From Mobula hypostoma (lineage: Eukaryota): DNA of 64,000 bases. Numbering within the stretch: the stretch's first letter is position 1; the number at the start of each line of letters is the position of its first letter. Below are positions 63,395 through 64,000 of this stretch, piece after piece. The notes beneath the pieces were generated by a model, which saw nothing but the letters and a program-made list of their open reading frames with translations, was not told where the DNA came from and made no database searches. The translations under genes were made by a program, and so were the position numbers. The stretch is taken from assembly GCF_963921235.1 (NCBI RefSeq), contig NC_086114.1, positions 31,992,001 through 32,056,000 of the forward strand, given 5' to 3'.

Positions 63395-63905
63395 GATTTG
63401 AAAGGCCTAGATAGAGTGGGCATAGAGAGGGTGTTTCCTATAGTAGGGGAGTCTAGGACCAGAGGGCACAGCTTCAGAATAGAAGAACGTCCATTTAGAA
63501 TGGAGATGAGGAGGTGAATCTGTAGAATCTGTTGCCACAGATAAACACAGATAATTGTAGAGGCCAAGTCATTTGGTATATTTAAAGCAGAGGTTGATAG
63601 GTTCTTAATTAGTAATAGTGTCAAAGATCTTAAGGAGAGGCAGCCTGTTATGGGGCTGGAAGACTGTCTGTATGTGTAGGTGGGTGGGAGGGAGGGAGGT
63701 GAGTGGCTTGCTTTTCTGTTGTTTTGTTGTTGTTGTGCTGCAGAGCATTGTGTGCATACTATTTTGTCGCCGGAGAGTGGGACGATACTTGCGGGCTGTC
63801 CCCAGCACATTCTTAGATTGTGTTGGTTGTTAATGCAACCGGCACGATTCATTGTACATTTGATAAGTAAAATGAACCTGAGTCCCAATCTGATTCTGAA
63901 TCTGG
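63395..63905 (+). mobile_element. CR1 3' remnant followed by a GT-rich repeat related to 10560-10835
   Basis: LKGLDRV..ERVFPIVGESRTRGHS coding remnant, then the shared module GATACTTGCGGGCTGTCCCAGCAC and an (AATCTG)n-like tail. Confidence 0.7.
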
Positions 63906-64000
63906 AGGTCAGGAGGTCAACCATGAAACAGATGGATGGTGATGCAGAAAACCTGTCAAGCAGCATTTTAGACAGGGAAGATGAAGGTGTAATATAAAGC

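Noticed and set aside
63379-63966. 195-aa minus ORF
   Set aside because: Antisense read-through of CR1 and other repeat remnants.

Overview
Eukaryotic, repeat-dense vertebrate DNA. The repeat families (CR1/HER1-type LINEs, V-SINE/HE1-type and Deu-type SINEs, Penelope pLTRs, Rex1/Babar) point to a cartilaginous fish, probably a ray; this is inference. The window lies inside a large + strand gene, most likely ARHGAP22 (PH + RhoGAP). One clear 129-nt internal coding exon is present (30855-30983). A phase-compatible alternative first coding exon (9858-9909) would give a PH-truncated isoform. The rest is intron, packed with nested elements: a near-intact CR1 ORF2 inside a CR1 fragment inside a Dong/R4-type LINE, a second CR1, an L1/Tx1 with a 16-bp TSD, Rex1/Babar pieces, and Chapaev3-like, Harbinger, Tc1, hAT and Tigger4-like DNA transposons. 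The most notable observations are: many short Penelope-derived insertions carrying minimal hammerhead ribozyme motifs, including a fold-back copy; an unclassified ~1.6-kb TGT...ACA element with ~430-bp inverted arms; a Tigger element that closely resembles mammalian Tigger4/Zombi (horizontal-transfer candidate); and the short ARHGAP22 isoform exon. There is a 146-N assembly gap at 33250-33395. Boundaries of decayed repeats are approximate, and family names come from motif recognition from memory, not from database searches.
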